From positions 37,689 through 101,688 of the IMG/VR virus record IMGVR_UViG_3300032038_000024: 64,000 bases of DNA; one strand, written 5' to 3'. Both the position numbers and the translations under genes were made by a program. Source of the DNA: a virus. Lineage: Duplodnaviria; Heunggongvirae; Uroviricota; Caudoviricetes. How positions within the stretch are numbered: the stretch's first letter is position 1; each line of letters starts with the position of its first letter. A model generated the notes under the pieces. The model made no database searches, was not told the origin of the DNA, and saw only the letters and a program-made list of their open reading frames with translations. Shown one piece after another: positions 19,116 through 30,087 of the stretch.

Positions 19116-22100
19116 TTAAATTTCAGAAAGTTTAATAACTTTATCAAATAAACTAAACATACCAGTTTTTGTATTATCAGTTGTTGAAATTGTTAATTCT
19201 GATATATCTGAAGAAGATGTAATTTGTACATATTGAGCATCCAATTTAGGTTGATTAACAATTGAAATTGCTGATGGTGTACCATAGAATAATTGTTGTA
19301 TTTCAGTACCTTCATTGAATTTAACATTCATATATGTATTTGTTAAATTAACATATTCAATTACATTTGTATTTGCTCCTGTTGAACTTAAATCAATAGT
19401 TTTATATTTTTCATCTAATCTATTGTTTTCAGGATCTTCTTCAAAACCAAGTTTATTACAACCAGATAAATTAAGTTTCTTTAATTTTTTCATTTCACCA
19501 AATACAATATTTGGATAATCTACTTGTTCTTGGTTATAAGTACGTTTAGTAAATGTTGTTAATCCAATACAATTAGATAAATCAATTTCTTCAACATTTG
19601 GTAAATATTGGAATATACTTGTAAATTGTATATCATCTCTCATAACATCTCCTGATGATCCATATTTTGTACCATTTGCTAAAGTTGTTGTAATACCTGT
19701 ATGAGTTTTTGCCTTAAACATTGTAAGTGATAACAAATCAGATTTATAGAAACCTGCAGTACTTATTGTATTTGTTATTTGTGAACCAGTACTATCTAAA
19801 TATGATTCACATAATGCATCCCACATAGCTGAACTGTTATTTGTATAAATTGGATATGCGTCATCCATTAATACAATATGTTTACTTATTTCTTTCCAGT
19901 CACCAGATTTGAAAGTAAATGTACATGTTAATACATAATCAATCATACCTGTTTTAGGTATTGTACCAGTAACTTTAAGAATAATTGGATATTCATGTGA
20001 TGCATTTTGTGCATAAGAGAAATATGAATCTTGTCTTATCTTAATAGTTGTATCATTATTTGGATTTTCCTTAAATGTTGTATATGATGATGAAAGAATT
20101 ACTTGTCCTGCTGGATTTTTCAATGTCCATGTAACACCATTAGGTTTTGTATTACCTTCAGCTTCAGCAAATGGATATTCCAAATCTAAATAAAATTCTA
20201 TAGCAGGCAATGTATCACTATGGAATACGAAACCACCATTATATTGTCTTAATTCATTACTTGCAGTTAAGATATCCCATTTTTCTGGGTATGATACTGC
20301 TAATATATGTATTAATATATATGATGATTCACCATTTAATGTACATAATAACAATACATCAAAATCTTTACCACCACTACTTTCAGCAACATTAATATAT
20401 AATTTACCAGTTTCATCTTGCATGAAGTTAACTGTTCTGAATGAACCTTTATTAATACTTTGTGAACCTGTTTGAGGATCTATAAAATACCATTGTGCAT
20501 CTACTTCAGTTTCTTGAAGTGTAAATCTTGTTGCAGATACAGTTACTTTTTTACCTTCAGCAATAAATATACCACTAGTTTTTAATTCATTATTTAATTT
20601 ATTTAATGCTGCTCTATCGTTTTGCTGTGTATAATAAGAACGTAATCTATCTCTTGCTGCATTATAAACTTGTTGTGTTGATGGATCTTTGATTGTTATA
20701 TCTCCAGGATCACCACCTTCACCAAAGTTAATTTGAACATAATCAAGAGGTTGGTCTACAACTAAGTTAGATTCTCTTGCAACTTTATTAAATGTATTTT
20801 CACCAAACCAGTGTTTAATATTAGTTAATTGTTCAGCAGTTAATTTCTTTTGCTTTGATAATTGCACATAACCAGTAATTGGTTTAGGCTTATTATCTAA
20901 ACCATTATTATTCTTATTATTAAATTCTGCAATTAATGATAATTGTTCATATGTTAATAATGAAGCACAATTGTCTTGTGTCCATTCAACATATTCCATT
21001 TCTAATGTACGTTGATTTAATTCTTGTCTTAATAATATTTCAATTGCTTTATCTGTACTATCATCACCTGTTAAATTATTTTGATTTTTTATAAGAATAA
21101 TTTTATCCTTAAGAGTAGTATTTGAATGTTCAACAATATAACCTCTAATACTATCAATCCAATTTAATACTAATAATTGTGCGTTTTCAGATGATGCAGT
21201 TTTACCAGTCATCTTAATACTATTCAATGAATAAGGAATATTCAATGACTGTCTTGAATTATTTTGGTGCTTGGTATATGTTACAGAGTTATCTGCTGCA
21301 CTAATTGCTGCATCCCAGAAAATAATATCTGACCAAGTTGAATCATGTAAAATTAATGTTTTAAAACCTTTTCCATCATCACCGTCAGCCATATCTGAAC
21401 GTGTATTGTATGCAGGTAATTCAAGCATTTCAAATTGGTTACCATCTTCAGCAGATTCAAATGATGTAATACCTGTTCCTTTTGCATAGAAATTTTGTAA
21501 TTCAGTCAAATTATTTGTGTGAATAATTGACATATCACTTAATTGTGTTAAACCAACAATATTAATTTCTTTTACAATACCTAAAACATTTTTACCTTCA
21601 AGTGCACCAAAATCCAATTGAAGTGTATTACCATTAACATAACCAGTTAAAACGTTAGTACCTGGTGTTCTCATTGTTGGAACACCCATATTTAATACCT
21701 TAATACATGGACCTAATACATTATCGTATGCACCTGTAAATGTAGCTGTGTCCATACCTTTTGCTAAACAACTTATATCTAATTCTTCAATAAATGTTGC
21801 ACCATAAATATGGAATGGAACCTTTGTAGCAAGGTTTAATGATGTAATATCAAATCTTGCTGGGTTTTCATGATCACAGTGTGTTGCACCAGATCCAATC
21901 TTTTGATAGTTTTGTTCAATTGTTAAATATGTTTCAGCATTTGGTCTGATAATAATAATTTCAGGTTGATTTGCATTACCTGCAGGCTTAACGGCACCAA
22001 CATAAATTGTATGACGTCTAAAGTCACCACAATTCCATTTGGCATCATAATAGTTCATTGATGTACTTAACCACCAGTGTCTATGTGTTGTTCTTGCACC

Positions 22101-25100
22101 TTGTAACCAGTTCAACCATGTATTTGAACCACCACCTGATAATACATATTTAAAATAACCTGAATCATTATATATGCTTTCGCACCATTTACCGGCATAT
22201 TCTTCATCAAATATCTTAGTAATATTTTCATATGTTAAACCTGCAGTATATAATGCTTCTGCAACTGCAGGAACGATTGTATCAGCCCAATATGGCCATG
22301 CTTCAAGTGCATCCCATAACCAGTTAGATGTTTTATATCCACCCATACCATCACCTTGTCTACCTGATATAGCATATTCATTTCTATCAGTTGCTTTTGT
22401 TGTATTACGATCTATAGGAGGATTAAATGCAATACCACCAGTATTTTTATTACCTAAAGCAATATCCATATCCCATGGTTCATAATGCCAGTGAATACCG
22501 TCATATGTTTTTAATTGAGCATTACGTTCAAGTGAGTCAACAAGACCGAATCTTAATACATAAATATAATATGCAGCTAATTTATATAAATCTAAGTGTT
22601 GTGCTGCTGTTTTTTCAAATTCTTCTTGATTTTCATATGTACTTGTAATCCATGCAAACCAGTCAATAAATGGTTGAATTGTTTCTCTATATTTTGAACC
22701 TTCATTGAATTTATCCATTCCTTCTTCTTCTTTAATATCATCAGGATCTGGATATATTAATTCAAATTCTTGTTCCCAGTTAAATACTCTTTCATTTGTT
22801 ATTCTACCTTGTTCATCTTTAAGGAATACTGTTGCATCAAAAGGATTACCTTCCTTATCATTATATTGCATATATGATGTAAATGGAGTATTAACATCCA
22901 ATACTTCAATACGTAATACGTTTGCGTTGTTCCATACTCTATTTGATTTATGGTCTTGACCTTTTTGACCTTCAATTAATGCATTACTACCATTTTTTGT
23001 ATTAATCTTTTTTAATACAAATGGATCTTTTTCATCATAAGGATCATTTGGATAATCTGAAGCTTCTCTATTTGCTGGTAATGGGAAATTATATATTGAT
23101 CTTTCACCAAATACGAAGTCAGCTTTTTTATCTTCCATTAATACATATGAACCTAAGAATGTTTCTTTATTATCAGCAGATGTATCTTTATAGAATACAA
23201 CAACTGGAATAGAATCAGGTGCAATTTGTATATCATAAGGGAAAGCTGTAGGACGTTCATTTAATCCAGTTTCATTATTTACAAATGTATCCTTCCATAA
23301 TTTATTATCATATGTACCTCTCCAGTTAACACCAATTGAATTGTTGTTATTTGGGTCTTTGTCTTCATTTAAATTTTTATCTACATTAGATATTACTTCG
23401 TTTGTTGTAAATAATTGTGGTGCAGTTCTTAATCTAAAATCAACTTTACCATTAACATTAAATTCGGCATTATACCAAGTTTGTTGTATTAATCTTTGTA
23501 AACCACCATTATGTACACCAGAAGAGTCTGCATAGTTTGCTTGAAGAACAAATTTATTTGAAGGTATTGATGCCTTTCTTATAACTGTTCTTCCATCAGC
23601 AGATATTTCCTCATCACGTAATCTATATCTATTCTTATTAAATTTACATGCTTCTTGTCCAACACAATGTAATTCTGGAGTAACATTTTTACGTGTTGAT
23701 TTATTGAACCAGAATTTCATTGAAGGTATAGGATAGTTCAATGTTGATTGACCATGTTTTCTAATCAATGCATTATAACATATAAAATCTTTTGAAGAAT
23801 CATAAGGACATGTTCTTTGAATAGTAACATCAGTTTCTGATTGTTTCTTTTTACTATCTTTATCCAATAATCTTGATAGATCACCGGTAATCAAAATAGT
23901 ATCTAATAATCCACAACATTTATCGTAACTCATTTTGTTACTTACATAAATATCGTTTCTTGTAATAATATCTTGTTTATTTTCAGCATCAAAAACCCAG
24001 TTATTATATGCTTCTTTATATGTTAATGGAAAATCATATACTCTTATTGTATATACTTTAACACCTGAATTAGATCCACCAATCTTAATAGGACCTGTTG
24101 TTTCAAATGAGAATGAACTTGATGATATACCTCTTTCAAGAATACCATTATTTACAATAAATATTAATTCTGATTTTTCATTATTTGATCTTGGATTAAT
24201 AATGAAATGCAATTTAAGACGTTCATTTGTCTTAAAGTTTGTCTTAATACGTTCTTCACCACCAGTATCATATAATATTGCAGAGTTTGGTGTAATATCA
24301 ATTCTTGCTTGATAATCAGAACCAATTCTAATTAAAACATCTTGGTCATTATTAATCTTTTCGCTTTCAAATTCAATTTCAATTGTTTTACCTCTTGTAT
24401 AATCAGCTAATGGTGAACAATTGATTATTGCATATGAATCAGGTCCATAAGTTCTTAATGCACCATTTTGAGCATCCCAACCGTTAATGTTATCCCATTT
24501 AAATCCAGTAAATTCTGTTGAATATCTACCATATGTCCATGTATTTACACCTGAACCAATATTTTCTCTACCGTAAGCAGTTAATTTTAATTCATATGAT
24601 GCTGTTTCATATACACTGTTTCCCTTTTCAATTTTCATTGGTATTGAAATAATTTGTTGTCCATCAATTTTCGCAACCAAATAAATTGGCTTTTTGTTTT
24701 GTGTATATAATGAAGGCATAAATGATAATGGATTTTTTGCTTCCTTAAATCTACTTATACCAACACCAGTTGTCAATACAACTGTATCTCCAAGAGTTTG
24801 TTGTAATTCCCAACTAACATTAATATCACCTTGGTTATTATTATCACTATAATAACCCCATTCTAATTTATATGGATCATATTGTACTGCACTTAAAGTA
24901 GGTAAACCTAAAATTGGTAAATCTGCAACTTCTGATGCATTAATAGATGCTTTAAAGTTAACAAAATGGTTTGCAATTGATGGAGTATCTTCTCCATTAA
25001 AATCTTTTCTTACTTCAAATGTATAGAATAATATATTACTTGTAAAAACAGTATTATTTTGTGATATACGACAATAAATTTGTAATGTATGATATATTGG

Positions 25101-26006
25101 GGTTTCTGATGTACTTTGTGTTAATAAATCTTTAAGACGTACACCTTGAACAGATGTCATACCAAGAAATTGTCGTTTCATAACAACAAACTGGTTTTCA
25201 ACACTTAATTGTGTTGAATCATAGTGATCTGTTTCGTCATTTAAAGTCCATTTACCATCTAATACATAATAAATAGTAAATCCTGAATTAGGTCTTGTAT
25301 TTAAGTTAACTACAACATTATTAACATTAAATTCAGCTTGACTAATTTTATCTGATGTGTATTCAAAATCTGCATCAATATTAAAATTAATCATAGTAAT
25401 TGATACTGAAGGACTAGCTTCAGCTTCATAGTTAATTGCACTTAATTTTAATGTTACTGTATTTTCACCTTCATCAAGATACTTATAGAAATCACGAGTA
25501 ATTGTTTTTTCAGATCTACTTATTCTTTCTGTTTGTGTATGAACTTTATTTGTTGCAAGATTTTTAATTTCATATGTAGCTCTAATTTCATCAGAAAGAA
25601 TTGTTTCACCTTGTTTTATTTCCCATGAATATGTAATTGTCGATCCTGTTTGTTTATCGTCACCTTTAATAACATAACGCAAATCAGCATTAACAATTTC
25701 ACATTTTAAATCATATTCTGATTGTTTAGGCAATTCAGCAATTTGTAAGTTTTCCCATCCAGCAAATGGTGCTCTACCTTCTTTACCAGCTTTCCATAAA
25801 TTATATGCAGCTTCACTAGAAAATATTCTATATCTTGTAGTGTCTTTAAAAACATATATAGGCTTACGTAAATGCTCTTGTAAAAGATTTCTTATAGCTA
25901 AACCTGAAGGTTGTTTATTGTTTGTTGCTGACTGACCTGGTATATTTACATCTTCACCATTTATCCAGTTTACAAACTCTGTAATATTATCATTATATAA
26001 GTCCAT
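19116..26006 (-). CDS. giant (2296 aa) tail fibre/adhesin-like protein with a central CotH-like domain
   Basis: Uninterrupted 6.9-kb ORF. LYKLAAYYIYV...YDGIHWHYEPWDMDIALG resembles the CotH WDxDxxFG core; the C-terminus has LRR-like KLKKLNLSGCNKL. Confidence 0.55.
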   Translation of the reverse strand: MDLYNDNITEFVNWINGEDVNIPGQSATNNKQPSGLAIRNLLQEHLRKPIYVFKDTTRYRIFSSEAAYNLWKAGKEGRAPFAGWENLQIAELPKQSEYDLKCEIVNADLRYVIKGDDKQTGSTITYSWEIKQGETILSDEIRATYEIKNLATNKVHTQTERISRSEKTITRDFYKYLDEGENTVTLKLSAINYEAEASPSVSITMINFNIDADFEYTSDKISQAEFNVNNVVVNLNTRPNSGFTIYYVLDGKWTLNDETDHYDSTQLSVENQFVVMKRQFLGMTSVQGVRLKDLLTQSTSETPIYHTLQIYCRISQNNTVFTSNILFYTFEVRKDFNGEDTPSIANHFVNFKASINASEVADLPILGLPTLSAVQYDPYKLEWGYYSDNNNQGDINVSWELQQTLGDTVVLTTGVGISRFKEAKNPLSFMPSLYTQNKKPIYLVAKIDGQQIISIPMKIEKGNSVYETASYELKLTAYGRENIGSGVNTWTYGRYSTEFTGFKWDNINGWDAQNGALRTYGPDSYAIINCSPLADYTRGKTIEIEFESEKINNDQDVLIRIGSDYQARIDITPNSAILYDTGGEERIKTNFKTNERLKLHFIINPRSNNEKSELIFIVNNGILERGISSSSFSFETTGPIKIGGSNSGVKVYTIRVYDFPLTYKEAYNNWVFDAENKQDIITRNDIYVSNKMSYDKCCGLLDTILITGDLSRLLDKDSKKKQSETDVTIQRTCPYDSSKDFICYNALIRKHGQSTLNYPIPSMKFWFNKSTRKNVTPELHCVGQEACKFNKNRYRLRDEEISADGRTVIRKASIPSNKFVLQANYADSSGVHNGGLQRLIQQTWYNAEFNVNGKVDFRLRTAPQLFTTNEVISNVDKNLNEDKDPNNNNSIGVNWRGTYDNKLWKDTFVNNETGLNERPTAFPYDIQIAPDSIPVVVFYKDTSADNKETFLGSYVLMEDKKADFVFGERSIYNFPLPANREASDYPNDPYDEKDPFVLKKINTKNGSNALIEGQKGQDHKSNRVWNNANVLRIEVLDVNTPFTSYMQYNDKEGNPFDATVFLKDEQGRITNERVFNWEQEFELIYPDPDDIKEEEGMDKFNEGSKYRETIQPFIDWFAWITSTYENQEEFEKTAAQHLDLYKLAAYYIYVLRFGLVDSLERNAQLKTYDGIHWHYEPWDMDIALGNKNTGGIAFNPPIDRNTTKATDRNEYAISGRQGDGMGGYKTSNWLWDALEAWPYWADTIVPAVAEALYTAGLTYENITKIFDEEYAGKWCESIYNDSGYFKYVLSGGGSNTWLNWLQGARTTHRHWWLSTSMNYYDAKWNCGDFRRHTIYVGAVKPAGNANQPEIIIIRPNAETYLTIEQNYQKIGSGATHCDHENPARFDITSLNLATKVPFHIYGATFIEELDISCLAKGMDTATFTGAYDNVLGPCIKVLNMGVPTMRTPGTNVLTGYVNGNTLQLDFGALEGKNVLGIVKEINIVGLTQLSDMSIIHTNNLTELQNFYAKGTGITSFESAEDGNQFEMLELPAYNTRSDMADGDDGKGFKTLILHDSTWSDIIFWDAAISAADNSVTYTKHQNNSRQSLNIPYSLNSIKMTGKTASSENAQLLVLNWIDSIRGYIVEHSNTTLKDKIILIKNQNNLTGDDSTDKAIEILLRQELNQRTLEMEYVEWTQDNCASLLTYEQLSLIAEFNNKNNNGLDNKPKPITGYVQLSKQKKLTAEQLTNIKHWFGENTFNKVARESNLVVDQPLDYVQINFGEGGDPGDITIKDPSTQQVYNAARDRLRSYYTQQNDRAALNKLNNELKTSGIFIAEGKKVTVSATRFTLQETEVDAQWYFIDPQTGSQSINKGSFRTVNFMQDETGKLYINVAESSGGKDFDVLLLCTLNGESSYILIHILAVSYPEKWDILTASNELRQYNGGFVFHSDTLPAIEFYLDLEYPFAEAEGNTKPNGVTWTLKNPAGQVILSSSYTTFKENPNNDTTIKIRQDSYFSYAQNASHEYPIILKVTGTIPKTGMIDYVLTCTFTFKSGDWKEISKHIVLMDDAYPIYTNNSSAMWDALCESYLDSTGSQITNTISTAGFYKSDLLSLTMFKAKTHTGITTTLANGTKYGSSGDVMRDDIQFTSIFQYLPNVEEIDLSNCIGLTTFTKRTYNQEQVDYPNIVFGEMKKLKKLNLSGCNKLGFEEDPENNRLDEKYKTIDLSSTGANTNVIEYVNLTNTYMNVKFNEGTEIQQLFYGTPSAISIVNQPKLDAQYVQITSSSDISELTISTTDNTKTGMFSLFDKVIKLSEI

Positions 26007-26043
26007 ATTTAACTTTTATATTATACTTTATTTGTTATCTTAT

Positions 26044-26247
26044 TTAATCATGCCATGGTGTATCGTCTGTCCAAGGATATTCGTCTGCCCAATATCCATT
26101 ATAGTAACATGACAATATCATTTCACCTAAAGCTCCTAAAGGCCAAATTTTAATACCTCTCAAATATATTTCAGCAATTGATTGGTCTTCAAAATATACT
26201 CTATGTAAATTTGTAATTTTTCCTTTAAAATTAGAACGTTTAATCAT
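26044..26247 (-). CDS. small protein (possible fibre assembly factor)
   Basis: 67 aa; TAATG coupling with the upstream gene. Confidence 0.4.
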   Translation of the reverse strand: MIKRSNFKGKITNLHRVYFEDQSIAEIYLRGIKIWPLGALGEMILSCYYNGYWADEYPWTDDTPWHD

Positions 26248-28661
26248 TATCTTGATATATCTTTTCTATTTGTATCCATTGCTATATATTGCTCAACTGA
26301 AGCATCAGGAGCAGAAACAGTAATATTTGAAGATGGTGTTACATTTGTATTATAATGGAAATTTAATGCATTTTCTAAATTAATTGTATTAACTGCTGCA
26401 ATTGAACCAGCAATAATTATGCCTTTTAATCCATTATGTATAGTATATATGGAACCTTTTGATGCTTTACCATTTCTTCCATATATATCTGCAAACCCAC
26501 TATTCTTTTTTTCTAATTCTGTTGTTCCTGTTGTAGGACCTACTGTTGTATATACACAGTTATCTCTAACAACACAAAATCCTGAAAATGGTTTAATATC
26601 TTCAACAGTATATTTTCCGTTAGGATTTTTAACATCACTATTAATAAAATCAAAATCTATCCAATCTTGTAAAATACTTCCATTAACAATACAATCATAT
26701 CCAATACAAAATGCATTTGATTTTATTCCACGTTGACCACATTTTGTTACAATTATACTTCCTTTTGAATCATTTATTTTAACTGTACCACCATCAATAC
26801 CATCTCCTAAACTTGATGTTATATATAATACTGTTTCATTTTTTGCTTCAATATCAATATTATTTTCTGATTTTATACAGTCTCCTAAATATGTTGTTGC
26901 TGAAATAAATTCAACAGTTTCATTTTTATTTTCAATTATATTAATACCTGTTTTTGAAATAACTTTTACTTTACCGTATGCTTTACCATTATATTCTTCA
27001 GGATTAAAATAAATATTAGGAACATTTAATGCAGTTGTTAAATAAGCATTATTTAATTGAATAGTACAATCTTGTTTTGGTGCAGTTATAAGTTCTATAG
27101 GTTTATCAATAACACCAGAAATCGTTATAAATTGACAATCAGTTACATATCTATCACCTGTAACTGAAATTTCAATTTCGTCAGCTTCATCAGGATGATC
27201 CATATCATATTTTGATGCATACCCAATAATTGAAGAAGATTTAACACCTAAAACAGATTTAAATGTATTAATTGACAATTCACTCATATTATTCATTGTC
27301 ATATTACCGCTATTTCCTACAGTAATATGTTTTGAATAAAATCCTGGGTTTTTACTATCAAATAAATCTCCACTTAAATTATATCCATAAAAACTTCCTC
27401 TGAATAATAATATTTTACCAGTATTACCAGTACCTAATCCATCATTACCTTGGTTAACATAAACTGTACCGTCATGTACAGTAATGTTTTTGCCATGAAT
27501 GCCATCATGTACACATTCACAATAAATATGAGGACCACAAATATTTGTTTCTGTACCTCTTATACAGTGTCCACCAAGATTTTTTAATGCAATATAGCCA
27601 GTTCCTTTTATTGTTAAATCATGCATAGAATATATTGCACCTGGTTGTGGCACATCTTCTACTCTTGGCTCATTTTTGTTACATAATATAATGTTCTTAG
27701 AATTTCTTGCAATATTAATAATTAAACCTTGATAACCTTTATTTTCTTCTGGTGTTTTATATGTAATAGCAGTATTATTATCAGATACAATTGTAACATT
27801 ATTTAAAATAAGTTCAGTATCTCCATAAGATTTCATTAAATCTGTATCATATATGGTTGTATCTATTTCTAATTCACCATATAATATACCTGATATTGTA
27901 TATGGAGTACTACTTGGTGATAATGTAATTTTACCATTTGTTGTATATTTTACACCATTAATTGTTAAGTTTGTAGATAATACTGTATCACCACCTGGAG
28001 TATCACCACCTCCATTATTTATAATGATATAATCAGGTTCACCTGTTATAAAATATAATGTATTAGCACTATATGAAGTTAATGCATCATATTCTTCTTT
28101 TGACATTACTGCATGTTTATATTCATCTTGTGAATTTACTAGTGTTTCAAGTTCATTTAATGCATTTCTTAAAGATATAATATCTGCTTTTGTAGCTGCA
28201 GCTGTTTGTCCATTATGATATGATTCTAATGTTGTAATTTTATTTTCTGCACTACTTAAACGATTTGATAAATTATCTGGTATTTCATTCATGAACGCAG
28301 ATTGTAATCCACCAATACTTGAAGTATTTTGTGATATACGACTAGATAAATTATCTAATTGTTGAGCTAAATCTGTAGGTATATTACCACCAGCAGATCC
28401 ATTTTCAATTGCTTGTTTTAAATCTGCAATAAGAGCAAGTAATTGACCAGTAGATGTTATTGGATCATCAATACCTTCAATTTCTACTTTATTCCAATCA
28501 ATATCAATTGCATTTATAATTGGTCTAACTTTAGTAATCTTACCAGATGAATCAACTCCATATTCACCACTAGATATCTTATTACCACCAGTTTTTAAAC
28601 CTGCATTAAGTATATCTTTAAATGTTACGGTTCTTCCATTATATTCTTCACTAAAATTCAT
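26247..28661 (-). CDS. tail fibre/spike protein with an N-terminal coiled coil and a beta-helix-like G/N/T-rich body
   Basis: Repeated G-x-N/T-I-x-V motifs (HGKNITVHDGTVYVNQGNDGLGTGNTG). Confidence 0.5.
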   Translation of the reverse strand: MNFSEEYNGRTVTFKDILNAGLKTGGNKISSGEYGVDSSGKITKVRPIINAIDIDWNKVEIEGIDDPITSTGQLLALIADLKQAIENGSAGGNIPTDLAQQLDNLSSRISQNTSSIGGLQSAFMNEIPDNLSNRLSSAENKITTLESYHNGQTAAATKADIISLRNALNELETLVNSQDEYKHAVMSKEEYDALTSYSANTLYFITGEPDYIIINNGGGDTPGGDTVLSTNLTINGVKYTTNGKITLSPSSTPYTISGILYGELEIDTTIYDTDLMKSYGDTELILNNVTIVSDNNTAITYKTPEENKGYQGLIINIARNSKNIILCNKNEPRVEDVPQPGAIYSMHDLTIKGTGYIALKNLGGHCIRGTETNICGPHIYCECVHDGIHGKNITVHDGTVYVNQGNDGLGTGNTGKILLFRGSFYGYNLSGDLFDSKNPGFYSKHITVGNSGNMTMNNMSELSINTFKSVLGVKSSSIIGYASKYDMDHPDEADEIEISVTGDRYVTDCQFITISGVIDKPIELITAPKQDCTIQLNNAYLTTALNVPNIYFNPEEYNGKAYGKVKVISKTGINIIENKNETVEFISATTYLGDCIKSENNIDIEAKNETVLYITSSLGDGIDGGTVKINDSKGSIIVTKCGQRGIKSNAFCIGYDCIVNGSILQDWIDFDFINSDVKNPNGKYTVEDIKPFSGFCVVRDNCVYTTVGPTTGTTELEKKNSGFADIYGRNGKASKGSIYTIHNGLKGIIIAGSIAAVNTINLENALNFHYNTNVTPSSNITVSAPDASVEQYIAMDTNRKDISR

Positions 28662-28681
28662 AATGTGTTAAAAATATCTTT

Positions 28682-28705
28682 CTTTATATATAAAAATAAA
28701 TATTT
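28682..28705 (-). promoter_or_regulatory. phage-type promoter
   Basis: − sense AATATTTATTTTTATATATAAAG, about 21 nt from the ATG. Confidence 0.45.
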
Positions 28706-28716
28706 AAGAAACTGTT

Positions 28717-29334
28717 TTAACTTCCAGTTTGTGCTTCAGATGTATTATTATTTGATGCTTTCAATGAATTTTCAATCTGTTTAATGAAGTCACGAGAACC
28801 ACGAACAACCATTGAACCATCTTCTGATTCTTCTTTTTCTTTTTCTTGGAATGTCTTATCACAATTCTCTTGCATTTCTTTAAATATATTCTCAAGATTA
28901 GCTGTTAAAGTATTCAATTGTGCTTGCATTTGAAGCATTGAATTTTGTAATGATGTAAGAGAAGAATAAAGAGTTCCCTTTGCAGAATTGCCTGTAATAG
29001 ACATAATTAATGTATCTTGAGCCTTTTCGTTTACTGATAACATCTTTAATAATCTTCTTATATTATCAATTTCTTGCGTAATCTTTGATGTAACATAAGG
29101 ATGATTATCAATATACTTTTGGTCAAAATAATATGCTGCTAATTTGTTTGTGATATCTGTTGCTCTTTCCAATGTTCTTTTATCAACTTCATCCATGTCA
29201 ATTAAGAATATTGGAGTTTCAAGAGCATCATCAGTATCTTGTAAATCTGGAGACTCACTCTTTAAGAACAAATTATCTAATACAGTATCTTTATCTTGAG
29301 GATCTTCAGTTCCGTATTTTCCTTCGTAATTCAT
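28717..29334 (-). CDS. hypothetical coiled-coil protein
   Basis: 205-aa ORF. Confidence 0.45.
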   Translation of the reverse strand: MNYEGKYGTEDPQDKDTVLDNLFLKSESPDLQDTDDALETPIFLIDMDEVDKRTLERATDITNKLAAYYFDQKYIDNHPYVTSKITQEIDNIRRLLKMLSVNEKAQDTLIMSITGNSAKGTLYSSLTSLQNSMLQMQAQLNTLTANLENIFKEMQENCDKTFQEKEKEESEDGSMVVRGSRDFIKQIENSLKASNNNTSEAQTGS

Positions 29335-29411
29335 ATTAGCTTATTGAATTATTTTTATTATATTGTTTAGTAAAAATAAAAAAATAATTTGTAAGCCAGA
29401 GTATAAAGCAC

Positions 29412-29445
29412 AAAAAAGGTTACTGAAATAATCAGTAACCTTTAT
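29412..29445. terminator. rho-independent terminator
   Basis: AGGTTACTG-AAATAAT-CAGTAACCT flanked by an A-run and a T-run. Confidence 0.6.
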
Positions 29446-29466
29446 ATTTTTCTTAAATCTTCTCCT

Positions 29467-29970
29467 TTAATAATATGATGTTTTTAATTTTGATCTATCA
29501 TATTCATATATATCAGCAATTAAACCATTTAATGCAGCAAATATTTCTTTATATGTATAAGATTTACCACTTGAATGATATCCACCATCTGTTTTTAATA
29601 TCCAATCACATTTGTCAACACCATTTTTAATATCAAATAATGTTTCAAAACCATCAGCAGTTAACATTAAAACACCTTTATTATTACGTACGAAAATAAT
29701 AACATTGCTTCCACCAGTTGCAGTTTCTTTATGTTTTTTACGAAGATCTTTTAATACTTCAGGAGTAAGTTCAATATTATCTTCAACTAATTTTGTTATT
29801 GCATTTACTTTTCCATTTATACTTATAGGACATTTTTCAGTTTTAAATGCCTTTATTGCTTCTTTAGTATCTTTATATTTTGGTGTAGCATCATTAATAT
29901 AATAATCATTACTTTGTAATTTATTTTCATTAATTAATGATTCTAAAATAAAATTTTTAATATCCTGCAT
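29467..29970 (-). CDS. hypothetical protein with the shared N-terminal motif (MQDIKNFILE)
   Basis: 167-aa ORF. Confidence 0.45.
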   Translation of the reverse strand: MQDIKNFILESLINENKLQSNDYYINDATPKYKDTKEAIKAFKTEKCPISINGKVNAITKLVEDNIELTPEVLKDLRKKHKETATGGSNVIIFVRNNKGVLMLTADGFETLFDIKNGVDKCDWILKTDGGYHSSGKSYTYKEIFAALNGLIADIYEYDRSKLKTSYY

Positions 29971-30087
29971 AACTTATTAAATTTAATTATATTTAATATT
30001 TAATAAAAATAATAAAAATAAATTAAAAAAATGATAGACAAGTCATTAAATAAATTTATTTTAATTAAATAATACTTAAATTTATAT

